64,000 bases of DNA from Parasitella parasitica NRRL 2501. Taxonomy: Eukaryota > Fungi > Mucoromycota. A program made the position numbers and the translations under genes. This document shows, one piece after another, positions 1 through 13,118 of this stretch. The DNA lies in the NCBI GenBank assembly GCA_025201805.1, contig MU619380.1:11884-75883 (forward strand), given 5' to 3'. Each line of letters starts with the position of its first letter. Positions within the stretch are counted from its first letter, which is position 1. The notes beneath the pieces are model-generated. The model was not told the origin of the DNA, searched no databases, and saw only the letters and a list, made by a program, of their open reading frames with translations.

Positions 1-44
1 AAATGCCCATGTAATTTATCAGCTGGAACTAACACACTATTTAG

Positions 45-1272
45 GCTGAACTCAGTGGTGTTGAATTCAACGTTGAGGCTTTCGACCTTACCAAGGATGT
101 TACTCCCGAGTTCTTGAACAAGTTTCCCCTGGGCAAGATTCCCGCCTTTGAATCCCCAGTGGTCAACCTTTTCGAGGCTTCTTCCATCGCTTACTATGGT
201 AAGAAACATTCAGTATTTTGAAAGTGTGCCCTGATTGATCGCTAACTGCAATATAGCTGCTGCTCAAAAGGAAAACAACCCTCTCCTCGGCTCTAGCGCT
301 GCTGAGAAAGCCGAGATCTTCCAATGGGTCCTCTTCAGTGAGAACGAAATCAACACCAATATCGGTGGCTGGGTCTATCCTCTCATGGGTTACGGTGTAT
401 ACCTGAAGCCCAGTGTTGATGCTGCTACCGAAAGAACCAAGCGTGCTTTGCTTGCCCTCAACAAGGTCCTCCAATCCAAGACCTACCTCGTCGGTGAGGC
501 CATCACCTTTGCCGATATCGCTCTTGTCACCTCTCTCGTTTTGGGTTTCAAGACCGTCTTTGACAAGGCTTTCCGTGCTGACATCAAGAATGTCGCCCGT
601 TACTTTACCACTGTCACTAACAAGGCCGTCTTCAAAAAGTACCTTGGTGAGATTACTCTCTGCGAAACTCCTTTGAAGTTCACTCCCCCCAAGAAGGAGA
701 AGAAGGCTGCTGCTGCTGCCCCCAAGGAAGCTGCTCCCAAGAAGAAGGAAGCTGCTCCCAAGGCTGCCGAAGACGATCCCGAAGCTGAAGCCAAGCCTGC
801 TCCCAAGCCCAAGTCCAAATTGGACCTGTTGCCTCCTTCCAAGTTCATCATGGATTCCTGGAAGCGTGAGTACTCTAACAACGACACCAAGGATGCCATC
901 AAGTGGTTCTGGGAAAACTTTGACCAAGAGGGTTACTCTATCTGGAAGGTTGATTACAAATACAACGACGAGTTGACCCTGACTTTCATGTCCAACAACC
1001 TGATTGGTGGTTTCTATGCTCGTCTTGAACGTGCCCACAAGTACGCTTTTGGCTCCATGATTGTTCGTGGTGAAAACAACAATAACACCATCTCAGGTTA
1101 CTTTGTTATCCGTGGCCAAGAAATTCCCTTTGAGGTCTCTGATGCTGCTGATTTCACATCTTATAATTTCGAAAAGATTGAGCCTGCTCAGTATGAAGAA
1201 AAGAAGGATGAATTCTACAAGTTCCTCGCTTGGGACTTTGAGGATTGTGTTGATGGTAAGGTCTTTAAATAA
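45..1272 (+). CDS. EEF1G: Translation elongation factor 1B-gamma (5' exon(s) lie upstream of the window)
   Basis: GST-like N-domain (FPLGKIPAFE, LFEASSIAYY), Lys/Ala-rich linker and EF1G C-domain (MDSWKREYSN, FWENFDQEGYSIW, FMSNNLIGGF). Exons 45-198 and 257-1272, GT-AG intron 199-256. Strong codon bias. Confidence 0.96.
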
Positions 1273-1451
1273 GCAGCCTGTCCTCAGACTATGTATATCT
1301 TTTTTAAAAAAAAATAAATTTTTTTGTTTTGTTATGAACCGAATTGGGAGGAGGGAGGGGGTGGGTGCAGTAGAGGCTCTTTATTATTACAGACATAATC
1401 AGTGGCAGTGACCTCCAGCCATAGAAGATTTACATTTTACCGTCAACAAAA

Positions 1452-4199
1452 CTACGTGGTTGAAGAAGTCGTTGTTTGTTGCATTTCACGCAGTGAGCAG
1501 GAGTTACATAAAAGAGGTTCATCTGGCGAATACTCTTGCATATCCACTGTCGATCCATCAAATCTACGGAAACACGAGCTGCACACAGTTGTGTCGTCCT
1601 TGTTGCCAGCCTAAAAAATACACGGATCAGTTTATGAGCTAGCGGCAAGGGCAAGAGACATTTACCTCTTTGGCTCTTTGAATCAAGGTATTCAGATCGT
1701 CTCTCATCTTTTTGTTTGTGATTCTCAACTGATGCAGTTCATATTGCCAGTTGGCATCTCTTGCGATATCCAATTCATCGACCATCCTTTCGACTGTGCT
1801 CACACACTGAGGAGTAGGCGTGATGACGCCGTTGCTGTCTACATTGGGCAACGACAGGTCTGCTCGTCCCTTCTTTTTCACATCCGGGTCCATGGAGACA
1901 AACACCGATTCTTCGTCTGTCAGAGCGCTTTCTTCCCCAATGACCTTGGTTTGCATCAAAACAAACGAGGGCTGTCCTTGCAATGAAGCGTTGCCGTCGG
2001 GATAAAATGTCGTTGCCACCATCACCTCTACGCCTGTATTGTCCAACAGGGCATGCTTCAGATACACTATTTTGCCCTCCTTCACCTCTGCTAGGGCACG
2101 CGTCAAATCTGTCGTACGGTTGCTTCGCAGTAGCTGATACAGTGAAGTGCCGATGATTTCTGATGGAGGTGATCCCAGCACATTCGCTACAGTCCAGCTG
2201 ACATACAGTAGTAAGCCGTCTGCGCTTAGTTTTCCCCAAAATTCGTGGTCCTCCATACCTGGCATTTCGTTTACAGTAGTACGTGTGGCATGCGCTTTAT
2301 TGCCTACAGCCAGTGCGCTACGGGGCAGCTGGTATACAGGACGCTCACGGCCTGACAGCACGACATATTTACGGCCACGGCCATCTTCGTTTCGTAATTT
2401 GCCACAGCATTCGATCCACATGTAGCCCGAGTTTTTTCTTCGCACTCGGTATATCAGGTTGACTGGTTCAGTAGAGTGGTTGGAGGACTGCTTGAGTTCT
2501 CGCATGACTGTCGTGATGTCGGAGGGATGGCAAATAGCTTTTAGTGATTTGCCTACTAGTTCAGAGGACTCGTACTCTAAAATTTGAGCCGTCGAATCAG
2601 AGCAGTATAGAAAGATGCCCTTGATGGTCAACACATGGATAAAGTCCGGGCTTTGGTCCAGCAATAATTCGTGCCAGCAGCGTCTGAATTTGCCCTCATC
2701 GGTACTCGCTTCTTTAATCAGTGTTTCCACATCCATCGGCGGTTCTGCGTCTGTTTGTTGCTGTGATGGAACAATCGCATTTTCTGGAGCTGCGATGCCT
2801 GTGTTTTTGTTTGATAATGCTAGTGAATGGTGTTGTTGTTGCTGTTGCGGTTGTGGCTGTTGTTGCTGTTGCGGTGGTTGTGTTGGCTGTGTTGGCTGTG
2901 GTTGTGAGGTGTTTGAGCCGTACATGGGTTTTGGGGACACGGGTCGAGTCCATTCTTTGACGGGTTCTGTCATGGTATCTGCATTTATACTAAGGCCAGC
3001 TATATATATATATATATAAGAGTACTGGTTTAGTCGAATGGTGGTTGTGTGTAATGCAAGTTCACCTACCTCGAATAGATGGAGGGATCGTCGAACTTCG
3101 ATAATTAACCGTATAAGTGCCATCTACATAGCAATGACAACATGAATAATGTGGCAGAATGTATGGTTGCTGGTTATACCTTTCATGCTTTGAAAAATGG
3201 AATTGGGCTGCTCTACCAGATCGACTTGCAGGCCAATAAAGTAATCAATCTCTTCAGAAGACTCCCAGGCTATTGGTACCACAGTTAGCAAATTGACAAA
3301 TGGTTGGCCTGATTTCCGGTAATTGATAATGCTGGATTGCGATTCTTTGCCCTGAACAATGTGGGTTTTTATATGGTATACGGTGGTATTGTCTGTGTAT
3401 TTTCTTCTTGATCCGATAGCTACTCTACCGTCGGGTGCCTGGAGAAATCTGCAGTTTCTGCCAATCACTTCGCTGGGAGCATATCCCGTTAATTTTTCAA
3501 ACGTGGGCGAGGCGTAAACAAGAGGAAAATCGTATTGTTTTGCATCAACCACAACAAATGAGCATGATAGATCAACGGGTCCCAAATTGATCTGGGGATT
3601 TGGTCTGGCAGAGAATTTTTTTTTTTTTTTTTTTTTTTTTNNNNNNNNNNNNNNNNNNNNNNNNNNNNNNNNNNNNNNNNNNNNNNNNNNGCTGTTAGTA
3701 TAATATTCTAATCTGTCTCCTACGGGCATTACCTGTTAACTACGCGCGATAGTATAGAAAGCATATCGAATCCGGTGTTGGCGTACATCCCAGAGTATCG
3801 GCCACTGTCGCCTTGATTTGAAGCGAGTGACGGTATGGGTGCAGATGGTATAGCGGGTGGTGGGGCAGACGGCTGGAAAGCATTCATGGATGTCGTGCCT
3901 GAAGGCTGAAGCATTGGGTGTTGCTGCTGATGCTGCTGCTGCTGTTGTTGTTGATGTATAAGCTGCTGCTGCTGTTGTTGTTGTTGTATAAAGTTTGGCT
4001 GTTGCGCTGGCAATGTGGACTGGATTGATGGCTGCCGTTCTGAATGGCTGCGTGGATTATGTATTGAGGTGTTTGCTTGGTTGGTCATTAAGCCGGCCTG
4101 AAATCCAGTGAAAGAGAACAACTTGTCTGTAGATGGCGGCACATTGCTGCTCTCGTAAATCTGAGGATTGAATTGGCCCAAGGATTGAAACGGGTCCAT
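1452..4199 (-). CDS. wc-1b: White collar-1 family blue-light receptor (LOV + 2 PAS), Wc-1b/WcoB-like, with an atypical C-terminal Cys4 motif
   Basis: LOV signature GRNCRFLQAPDG, NRPNPQINLGPVDLSCSFVV, PAS-B (ICHPSDITTVMRELK) and PAS-C. Manually spliced exons 4199-3733, 3604-3180, 3123-3070, 2999-1666 and 1610-1452 all join in frame. The paralog assignment is an inference from the non-canonical finger. Confidence 0.9.
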
Positions 4200-4488
4200 T
4201 TTCGAGCGAGCGAGCGAAAAAAAAAAAAAAATAGAGTAAGTTAAGAAAGGGGAAATTTGCTTTTTCTCTCTAAAAAAAAAACAAGTTGAAGGGGTCGATC
4301 CATGCACATGGAAATAAGACAGTACAAAGAAGGTGATGTGTAGGCGGCGGCTGCTTTCAAGAAGGGAAGGGAGGAGCCAATGAAGTTTCGTGACAATTCA
4401 TTTGGTGGCATGTTGTTGTACGCAGTGGGCTCTTTATTTTTATTTTTTTTGTTTTATTACTTCTCTACTACGCTTGGTTGACATCGCT
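4200..4488. promoter_or_regulatory. Short divergent (probably bidirectional) promoter between wc-1b and the DPP gene
   Basis: Only ~290 bp separate the two divergent ATGs. Pyrimidine/poly-T tracts lie before each start. Confidence 0.5.
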
Positions 4489-7400
4489 ATGAACTATTCA
4501 TGGGAACAGACAAGATCTCAGGTTAGGCATTTCAGAGCAAATCTACAGTCAGTTTACCCTGTGCAAGTCCTGGCAATTGCAAAGGACTTTGTGATTCACA
4601 GCAATGTATTATACTTTCTATCCAACAACAGAAACTCGTCAGACTGGTGTCCAACGAGGCACATGCAAATATATCAAATAGACCTCCACCAGCGCTACCA
4701 CAACATTGAGCAGACGGACGAAAAGAACTATCTGTTGGCTGTCAGCAATATACCCGTCTCAAAACGACTGTCCGTTTATACACACTACATGGCCGTAGCA
4801 GAGAAAGAGTTGGAGCTGGACAACCTTCAATTGCAGATTCCAGGTGTCTCTGCCTTTGATATCAAAGACGACACCATCATGCTTACATTCAATAACGACA
4901 TTTATATTGGAAAAATTGGAAAGGTAAAAGACAGTGCTGACCACTGCTTAAAGGTACTAAGCTCCTTGCTGTAGATACCCAAACTAATACCCCATACACC
5001 AGCGAGTACAGACACAATAACTTGCACACCAGCTACAGCGTCCACTACTGCCCCGATTACCTTTACTGCTACTACCCCAAATACAGCGACGAATATACCA
5101 AACTATTCACCCATATTAAACCATGTTGACATAAATTCCAGTAGCAAGCATACATCCTACCAAGAACCTGCTGCAGATCAACCTCATCGATTAGATCCGC
5201 AATTGGGCGGTCTCTTCCATGATAAAATTGCATTCATCAGAAATCGCGACATCTGGGTCACCGACTTTAACGGCAACGATACGCAGCTAACATTCTGCTC
5301 AAGCGACAATGCAGACCCTTCGCTGAAATGCGGTGTAGCTGAATACATGATGCAGGTTGGATTATTCACAACTCATGTGATAGTGATGACGTTCTTTGTA
5401 TTTAAGGTTTTCGACTATAGGAAGAATTCCATCGATTCACAGGCTACTATTGGTCTCCACCCATCACCAACACTAGCAAACGCACAGAGAGGATATTGTA
5501 CTTGGAAACATCCGAATTCAACGTGGAGCAAGTGTTTATATCCAAATCATCAACATCGTCTACGGCAGCAGCAACCTCAGTAGACATCTCGGCGGCGTCG
5601 GATTCGATCCGATATCCCCGTGCAGGAAAACCAAACGCGCAAAGCACAATCAAGATTGTAGAATTCGAAATAGAAGAGAGCAAAAACGCACAGCCTGTCA
5701 ACATCAAACATAGGCAGCTATGGGGGAAAGATGAAATCAAGGTGCTTTTTCCCTGGGCAGAATATATTGTTCGATTCGGCTGGCTGCCTGACGGACAAAG
5801 GTATTATATGCATTTGCTGCGGGGTAATTCTCTACGGCTCACAACCATGTAACTTGTATAGTGCCTGGCTGCAAATATTGTCCAGAGATCAACAAACATC
5901 TGCAGTTATTAAATTACATCTGGATCAGTTTACTACTACTGTGGACAATCTTTGCAGCGATATTGTTCGAACCGAAATTTTGTGGCAGGAAACAACAACA
6001 GCCTGGATCAATGTCACGGATGCGTTTTATTTCATGCAGTCATCCAACACAGCTGCTGTGACCAAATTTATCTGGAGTTCTGAAAAGATGAATGGATTCA
6101 GACATTTGTTTTTGGGAGAAAAGTCTGTGGATGACGAGAAAACCAAAGTAACACAATTGACACACGGCGAATGGTGCTGTGTGGATCGACCTTTGTTTGT
6201 GGATGAAGCAAGATCGCTAGTATACTTTTCAGCAAAGATGCATACTTCGCTGGAATCCCACTTTTACGTGCTCTCCTACCACAACCTCGATCCGCCCATG
6301 CTGCTGACCAAATTAGGCTTCAGTCACACAATCACGATGGATTCACCAGACTATTTTGTAGATTGCTTTTCTACGATACACGACCCACAAGTAACTGTTG
6401 TCCAAAAACTCAATCACACACTGACGAATTCTGTATCAGTGGATGGATTATCGCTGTTGATGCCAGTATCGCTCAAAAGCGATTGCGAGACTCCTCCTTC
6501 ACCTCCTCAATTGCCTACCTTGCCACAGGACGACCACACAAGCCAGTTTTTAAAAAATTTCGAGCACAGCCGAACAAGCAAAATGTCAAGATATAGTGAC
6601 TCAGTCGAGCCCAACGGCGAGATTTTCAGCTTCACAACATCTGATGGTATTATCTTTGGAACTCTTTGTGGAAGAAGCACTAACAACTTACTAATGATGA
6701 TCAGGTGAGAAACTGTACGGATGCTTGTATAAACCATGTTGCTATGAGCCAGGGCAAAGCTACCCTACTCTGTTGCACATCTACGGTGGGCCTAAAACAC
6801 AACTTGTCATGAACGAATTCAAATTTCCTCGGCTCATTCGATACCTCATGGCCGCCTATTTCGGTTTTGCCGTTGTCATCATTGATAGTCGTGGCTCCAG
6901 TGATCGTGGGCTTGGTTTTGAGTCTCATATTCAAAACAGATTGGGCACAGTTGAACTAAAAGATCAACTGGAAGGACTCGAGTTTTTGCACAGTACCAAA
7001 TTCGGTGCTATGCCAACAAAGGAGGACAAGACAGAGTCTGTAATTAACCTCGATCGATTGGCCATCACCGGATGGTCGTATGGTGGCTATTTGAGTTTGA
7101 TGGCCCTGGCACAGTATCCCGATAGGTTCAAAATGTCTATTGCGGGAGCTCCTGTAACCCAATGGGAGTTGTATGATGCTGCATATACAGAGAGATACAT
7201 GGGCTTGCCTGAAGAAAACCCTCAAGCATATCATGACAGTAATGTGCTGGCCTACATTGATCAATTCCCAAACAAGTAAGCATGCAGTTGGCACCACTAC
7301 ATTCTATCGACGTTTTTAAATATTAACGTACTGCCTGCACCACAGCGAAAATAGACTCCTTATTGCCCATGGCTTGATTGATGAAAACGTGCATTTTAGA

Positions 7401-7550
7401 AACACAGAGTTACTGGTATCGCAATTAGTCAAACTCAAGAAACCGCACTACCTCCAGGTTTATCCATCTGAGAAACATGGACTGAGACATGCGAGCGTGA
7501 ATGAGCATTTCGAAACGCTAATGTTTTATTGGCTCTGCAATTACCTGTAA
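4489..7550 (+). CDS. Dipeptidyl peptidase, family S9B, DPP8/9-like (no N-terminal TM anchor)
   Basis: GWSYGG nucleophile elbow, HGLIDENVH and EKHGLR (Ser/Asp/His triad), QEEFHRFTGYYW double-Glu motif, YPRAGKPN. Five GT-AG introns join the track ORFs. Confidence 0.93.
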
Positions 7551-8085
7551 ACTTTGTATTCGCACTCTTTTTACAATGAACTTGTATTATAAAATTAAAC
7601 AAAACATCTGATACGTACTAAGCATAGCACAGCATAAACAAGGAAACGGCCCCCCTCTAGCCAATGACTGTCTACGCATAGAAATGCAAGATAATGCTAC
7701 CCAAAATTATACGAGTATATAATATACTAGGATATGTGTGCCCATGCATGTATAGGAGGAGTAGGGGGAAACTTTTATTACCCTTTATATGAACAATCAA
7801 GTGTACTTGAAACAATAGCATACTTTTTTTTTGTATAAACCGTACGACTTGAGGGTAGCTGCTAGATTAGGTAGATAGTTTTTGTCAAGAGTACAAGTGG
7901 ATGAATCATTTCTTGATAAATTTTATTTCACAAATTACTACGCATGTCTAAATAATGATTTTCATTTACTTTTAGATTTTGAAAATTGCTCTGATAAAAC
8001 GGTGAAAAAGTAGTTGGTTTGTGTTTATTTTCGATATTCTTTTATTTATTGTATTTCAAGAGAGACAATCATCATATCTCTTATA

Positions 8086-8871
8086 CTAAAGGGGCCCAAT
8101 GTCGGGCTTTTGGTGAGGCATCTCTTCGAGTGTCCATTCTTCAAAATGAAAATCATCGAATTCGCCGTGTGAGCTTGATGTCCAAGACCCTAATCTGTAA
8201 TTGTTCATCTTATGGAGGCAAGTAACATGGCTCTCGATTTTAGCAGTGTAATTTTGATTCTTAGGCCCACTTTTCCTCTTACTAATAATGGACTGCAATG
8301 CATTTGCAAACTTTGACTTGTCATTATTAGACTTGATTTGCTTATACAGTCAGCGCAACACTAAAGGGCGGTTTTTTTAAATAAGAGGGCAGTTTGTAAA
8401 ATTCTCAATAGGCGGAATTTTTTTTTCCAAAGGGCGGGAATTCTGTTCCAGATTCAATATATTCAAACTCATCAGTTGTGGTGTCTGAGAGGGTGCTCTC
8501 ACTCCCCAAGTGCTTATCAAGCTGTGCCTATTCATTTATAACGGTTTTTTGAATGTGTATAGCAGCGTTCCTTCTTGATTTTTTTTTGCTGTCGAGCTAT
8601 GGGTCTTCTTGATCCAATAGTCCTCAGCAGTATCAGACTTTCTCCAAATTTTAAAATCGGTTTTAAGAACTTCAGCTTTGATATACTTCTGCAAGATTCG
8701 CATATTCCGATTGTAAGCTAAATGTTTGTCCGTAAGTGCAAAGTGATCTGCAAATGCTGTAAAATTCAAGTTCTCTTTATTTTCAAGACACCATCGCACA
8801 TCGCCAGCATAATCTCCGTCGCTTGTATTTTTTTTCGATCGTTTTCGCTTTCTGTTTTTAGGAGGTGTCAT
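8086..8871 (-). pseudogene. Decayed member of an expanded Mucorales orphan gene family
   Basis: Fragmented ORFs 8536-8871 (FADHF...F.IW...DYW) and 8086-8298 on the same strand in AT-rich DNA. The family resemblance is from memory only. Confidence 0.3.
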
Positions 8872-10359
8872 AGTAATAAAAGGTTATAAAGGAATTGAAC
8901 AGGAATTTGACTAAACAAAACTTTTAGCCAGTCATATTGGTTTCGACAGTCTGCGTCATTTTTTATTTATTTAACGGAAAAGCAACGCAAACTCTTTCTT
9001 TTAAAAAAAAACCTATTGAAGCTTTGAAATGAAGATGCCTAGCCTATAATCGTCTTACAGCTGCCTCTTTTCTTGTTGTGGAAAGGGTTCAAAAAAAGCA
9101 AGTGGGACTTGATGAAAGCTGTGAAACCCACAGCCTACACAACAACAGTGTCGTTGATCGGGGTTCGTAGTAGCTCATTGGAATTTTCAAGATTTTGCAG
9201 ATTTCCTTGATGTAGTTAAGTGAACAATTATCCTTCGTAAATGTTCTGTTCTAAGCCCTCTTTTTTTTTTTAACAAGAAAATGCTGTAGTCAATCAATAT
9301 ATTCAAAGATGTATTCTGTTCAAAAAGTATCTTACCAAGGCATAAACTGCTAAGTCCAGGTGGCAATTGGGTAGTTGTTTTTATCGTCTCTGTTCCATGC
9401 ACTATATATATTTCCATGAATTGAAGAGGCAGTCCGGAAAGTTGCAAATGAAAACTGTCAAGGTTGGATCCGTTACTCACGAAGATTATTTAGAAATGTA
9501 TGAGTACAGAAGGAATATAGAACTGCTACTTTTCTATTGTTTGTGTGATGTGCATATTTGATGGTGAAATGTTTCTATCGATGATCAAACGCAAAACACT
9601 GTGCAATTTTGCCTGTCATTTTAAAACGACAAATCATTCAATGTAATAATAAAATTCCATCCTAATTGTTTTGAAGTCATCATTTTTAGGTTAATTTGAT
9701 TTGAATACAAGTATTGCAACGATTTCACATTACGATACATCCCAGCTTTATGAAAGATGTCATAAGAATATGTTGACAGTAATTTTATCGATTTTGTAGC
9801 GTTTTCTTCCCTCTTACTGCTTTTGTTGATTGTCATCTTCGTCTCCGTTCTCTTCAATTTTTCGTTTAAGCAAACATTGAAATCTTGTGGGATTCATGTA
9901 CGGATACTGTAAAATGTTTGCCTGCTTCAATTTCAAAGAATTTTGAAGTTATCAAAAAAAAAAAAGACAAAGACAAAGACAAAAGAGGACCTAAAGTAAA
10001 AGCTGACACTTTGTGTGCCCATTACTAAGAAATAGTTGAATCGCTTGATTCATCGCTTCAATTCTAAGTAATTGTTCTTGAAATGAAACCTTTTATACAG
10101 ACCATTTCAGATCTGATACAAGATCTTAAAGACATGTTTTACTGTTTTTCAACTCATGTCTTTTTTTTTTTTTCTCTTGTTCATCAATCTTAAATGAATT
10201 CATCCAAGCAAAATGATCACCAATATGCTCAAGGTAAACTTGGTAACAAGCATAGCAAAACCCCCCCCCAAACATGTTGTTCATTCGTTATAATTTCCAG
10301 GAAATCATGAAGTATGTAGTCAACATAATACACGAGAAGATTACTTTACTTGTATCGAC

Positions 10360-13118
10360 ATGAGCCAGCATTCACCACCACAGGCTGATTTAACAGACTT
10401 GGAGCCTACCGCCACCACACAAAATCAACATGTCACTCACTTCAATTATAAGCCTTTTCCGCTACAAACGGATAATGAGAAATGGTGCGTCAATAGCGCC
10501 AATGATAATGTACACCTCATGTATCATCAAGACACAAGCGACGCTACATTCATTGGCAATAGCCACGACTCTGCAAAACCGCATAATAACACTCTGTCAG
10601 ACGATGAACTGGAGCAAGAGCTGGAATCGAGCAGTGAATCGCTAAATGACATTGACGACGACAAAGACCATAACTTTGACTGGAACGACGACAATAATAA
10701 CAACACGAATGCGCACACAGAAGCCACACGCTCAGCAAAAGGAAATACCAAATACCAAAAAGTCAGGGCTTTGTTCAGGAAATATTGCTTTTGGCATTAC
10801 TTGTCGCAATTTATGAAACGAGTTATAATTGCAGCTACGGGCTCTGCAATTTTCATCACAGTGGGTGTGTGTATTTACGTGTATTTCCCGCGGCCGTCGA
10901 AAAATCAGGAGAATGACCCAAGTTTTGAAAACATACGAGATAACGTTCAGATCTGGATGTACTGGGCAGCGTTCATGTGGCATATCGCTTGGTTGAGTAC
11001 GTTTATAACAGAAGCTGTGCCATACATAGTATCCAAATGGGTGCAGTTTTTCAAGGGTCGTAGATCAGAAAAAGTCAAATCCTACATGGAGGTAATGTGC
11101 ATGGCTTGGTGTAGGGTAGGCGACAACTAATTTCTGTAAACAGTACTACATGAGTCTGAAATACTATATTGGACTCTTGGTTATCACTGCTTGGAACTGG
11201 GGAGCTTGGGCATTCTTAATTACGATAGCTTATCCAGTAAGTTGTATTTTTAGCCTGGGAATGATGTATATAAATACATAAATGGCTAATAATAGCATAT
11301 GATGTAGTCTGTCCTCAAACAGCCCTACACAACTACATTATGGAGAGTGTATGCTTGTATGTTTGTAGCCTCGGTGTTTCTACTAGTTCAGAAAACAATC
11401 ATTCAGGTTATTGGTAAATTTTTTCATGAATGTGGTTTAGCACTTGTGTCTAATTTGCACGCATATATATCTCCTTCTCAAACTGCAAATATATATACAG
11501 CATCGAGATTTCATAGATTTGCATTCAAGGATCGGGCCAAGGCAAACAGAAGAGCTATTAAAAGTATAAAAGCAAATTGCCCCTTAATTCTTATGCTGTA
11601 ATCAATTCACACAACGAATTTCGTTATTTAGTTTTAGATGCTCTTGGCAAGGCAGAGTTTCGATACCGCTCGTCAGCAGCGGCATCTCGAATGAGAAACC
11701 GCAAAAGGCCTGGTCTTTCTGCCCAGTCAACTAATGATATCTTGGATGCGGGAGCCGCAAGCACCGTAGTGGGACACAGCACCGGCATTTCGCCTAGCGT
11801 CAGTACCAGTGAATACATGGCTGGAAGAGGAGACATCAATTCCAGACAGCTGAGCTCTAGTGACATGTTGTATTCATTCAAGAAAAACCTAAAGCGGGCG
11901 GTGATAAACGAGCAACCTCACATCAGCCGCCCTGTGCGAAAGGACATGGACATTAACAACGACGACTACGCACGAAAGAATGCCAGAAAACTCTACGTTT
12001 CACTCGCATACCCAAACGGCGTTTTGCCAGGGGAAAACCAGGCACGGCGATGCTTGCTGATTTCTGATTTCGAACCTTACTTCAAAACCGCCCACGAGGC
12101 CAAGGTTGCGTTTGACATCTTTGACAGAGACGGCAATGGCGACATTACTCGCCGAGAGTTTCGTGATACTGTAGTACAGATCTATCGCGAGCGAAAGGAT
12201 ATTGCCATCTCGTTGCGCGATACGGGCCAAGCGCTCGGAAAAATTGACTACATGCTGCTGGCTATCAGTCTGGTCGCCCTCCTGCTAACCTCCTTTGCTA
12301 TCTTCAATGTAGAGGTGTGGCATTCTCTTGTACCTCTAGGTTCCATTCTGCTGGCACTGACGTTTGTGTTTGGTAACACCGCAAAGAACACGTTTGAAAG
12401 CATCCTGTTTCTGTTTGTAACACATCCATACGATGCTGGTGATTATGTGCTGGTAGACGGTCAATTTCTGCTAGTGCATAATATGGGCGTTATGGGCACG
12501 TCGTTTGTTGCCGGCGATGGCCAGCTTATTTATGCGCCAACGACTGTATTAATGACAAAGCTCATCACTAACGTACGACGTTCTGGGAGCATGGGAGAAG
12601 CTATCAAAATTAACATCGATTTTCGTACTACCAGCGATCAATTCTGGGAATTGCACGATCGCTTGCTTGCCTGGGTTACCAGTCAAAGCCGTGATTTTGG
12701 ACCTGGCTTTGATCTTCGCGTTATTGACATTGTAGATGTCAACCAGCTCATCTTGAATGTGTGGCTTCCTCATAAAGGTAATTGGCAGGAGCTCGGAAAA
12801 CGGTTCCAGAGAAAGACGCGATTTATGTTGGCTCTCAAGGATATCATGACAGAACTGAACATTAGATACGAATTGCCTGCCCAAAAAATCACTCAGGGAG
12901 TGCATCCTGAAGAAGCCCATCCGGCTCCAGTCTTTGGTCAACAGGTGGATGGATGCCCTCAGTCATTCAGCGCACATGTCAATGCTTCTCCTACTATGAA
13001 TTCTGTTCCAACAGACTCTGCAGAAGCGAAAGCTTATGAGCAAATCCGTAAAGAGAGGGCCGTAAGAGGCATCCACTGCTATATGGATCAAAGTGGCTCG
13101 GCTTCTGGTAGTGGCTAG
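10360..13118 (+). CDS. Mechanosensitive ion channel, MscS family (fungal Msy1/Msy2 type) with an EF-hand
   Basis: EF-hand DRDGNGDITRREF, MscS core FLFVTHPYDAGDYV...ITNVRRS and N-terminal TM helices. Four GT-AG introns, frame checked. Confidence 0.93.

Noticed and set aside
163-1038. 291-aa antisense ORF over eEF1B-gamma
   Set aside because: Shadow ORF caused by the strong codon bias of a highly expressed gene. No independent motifs.
9160-9190. GGTTCGTAGTAGCTCATTGG resembling a tRNA 5' end/A box
   Set aside because: No anticodon arm, T-loop or complementary acceptor stem follows.
9187-9857. Short minus-strand ORFs in AT-rich DNA (similar ones at 22949-23400)
   Set aside because: Possibly decayed genes, but no identifiable motif.
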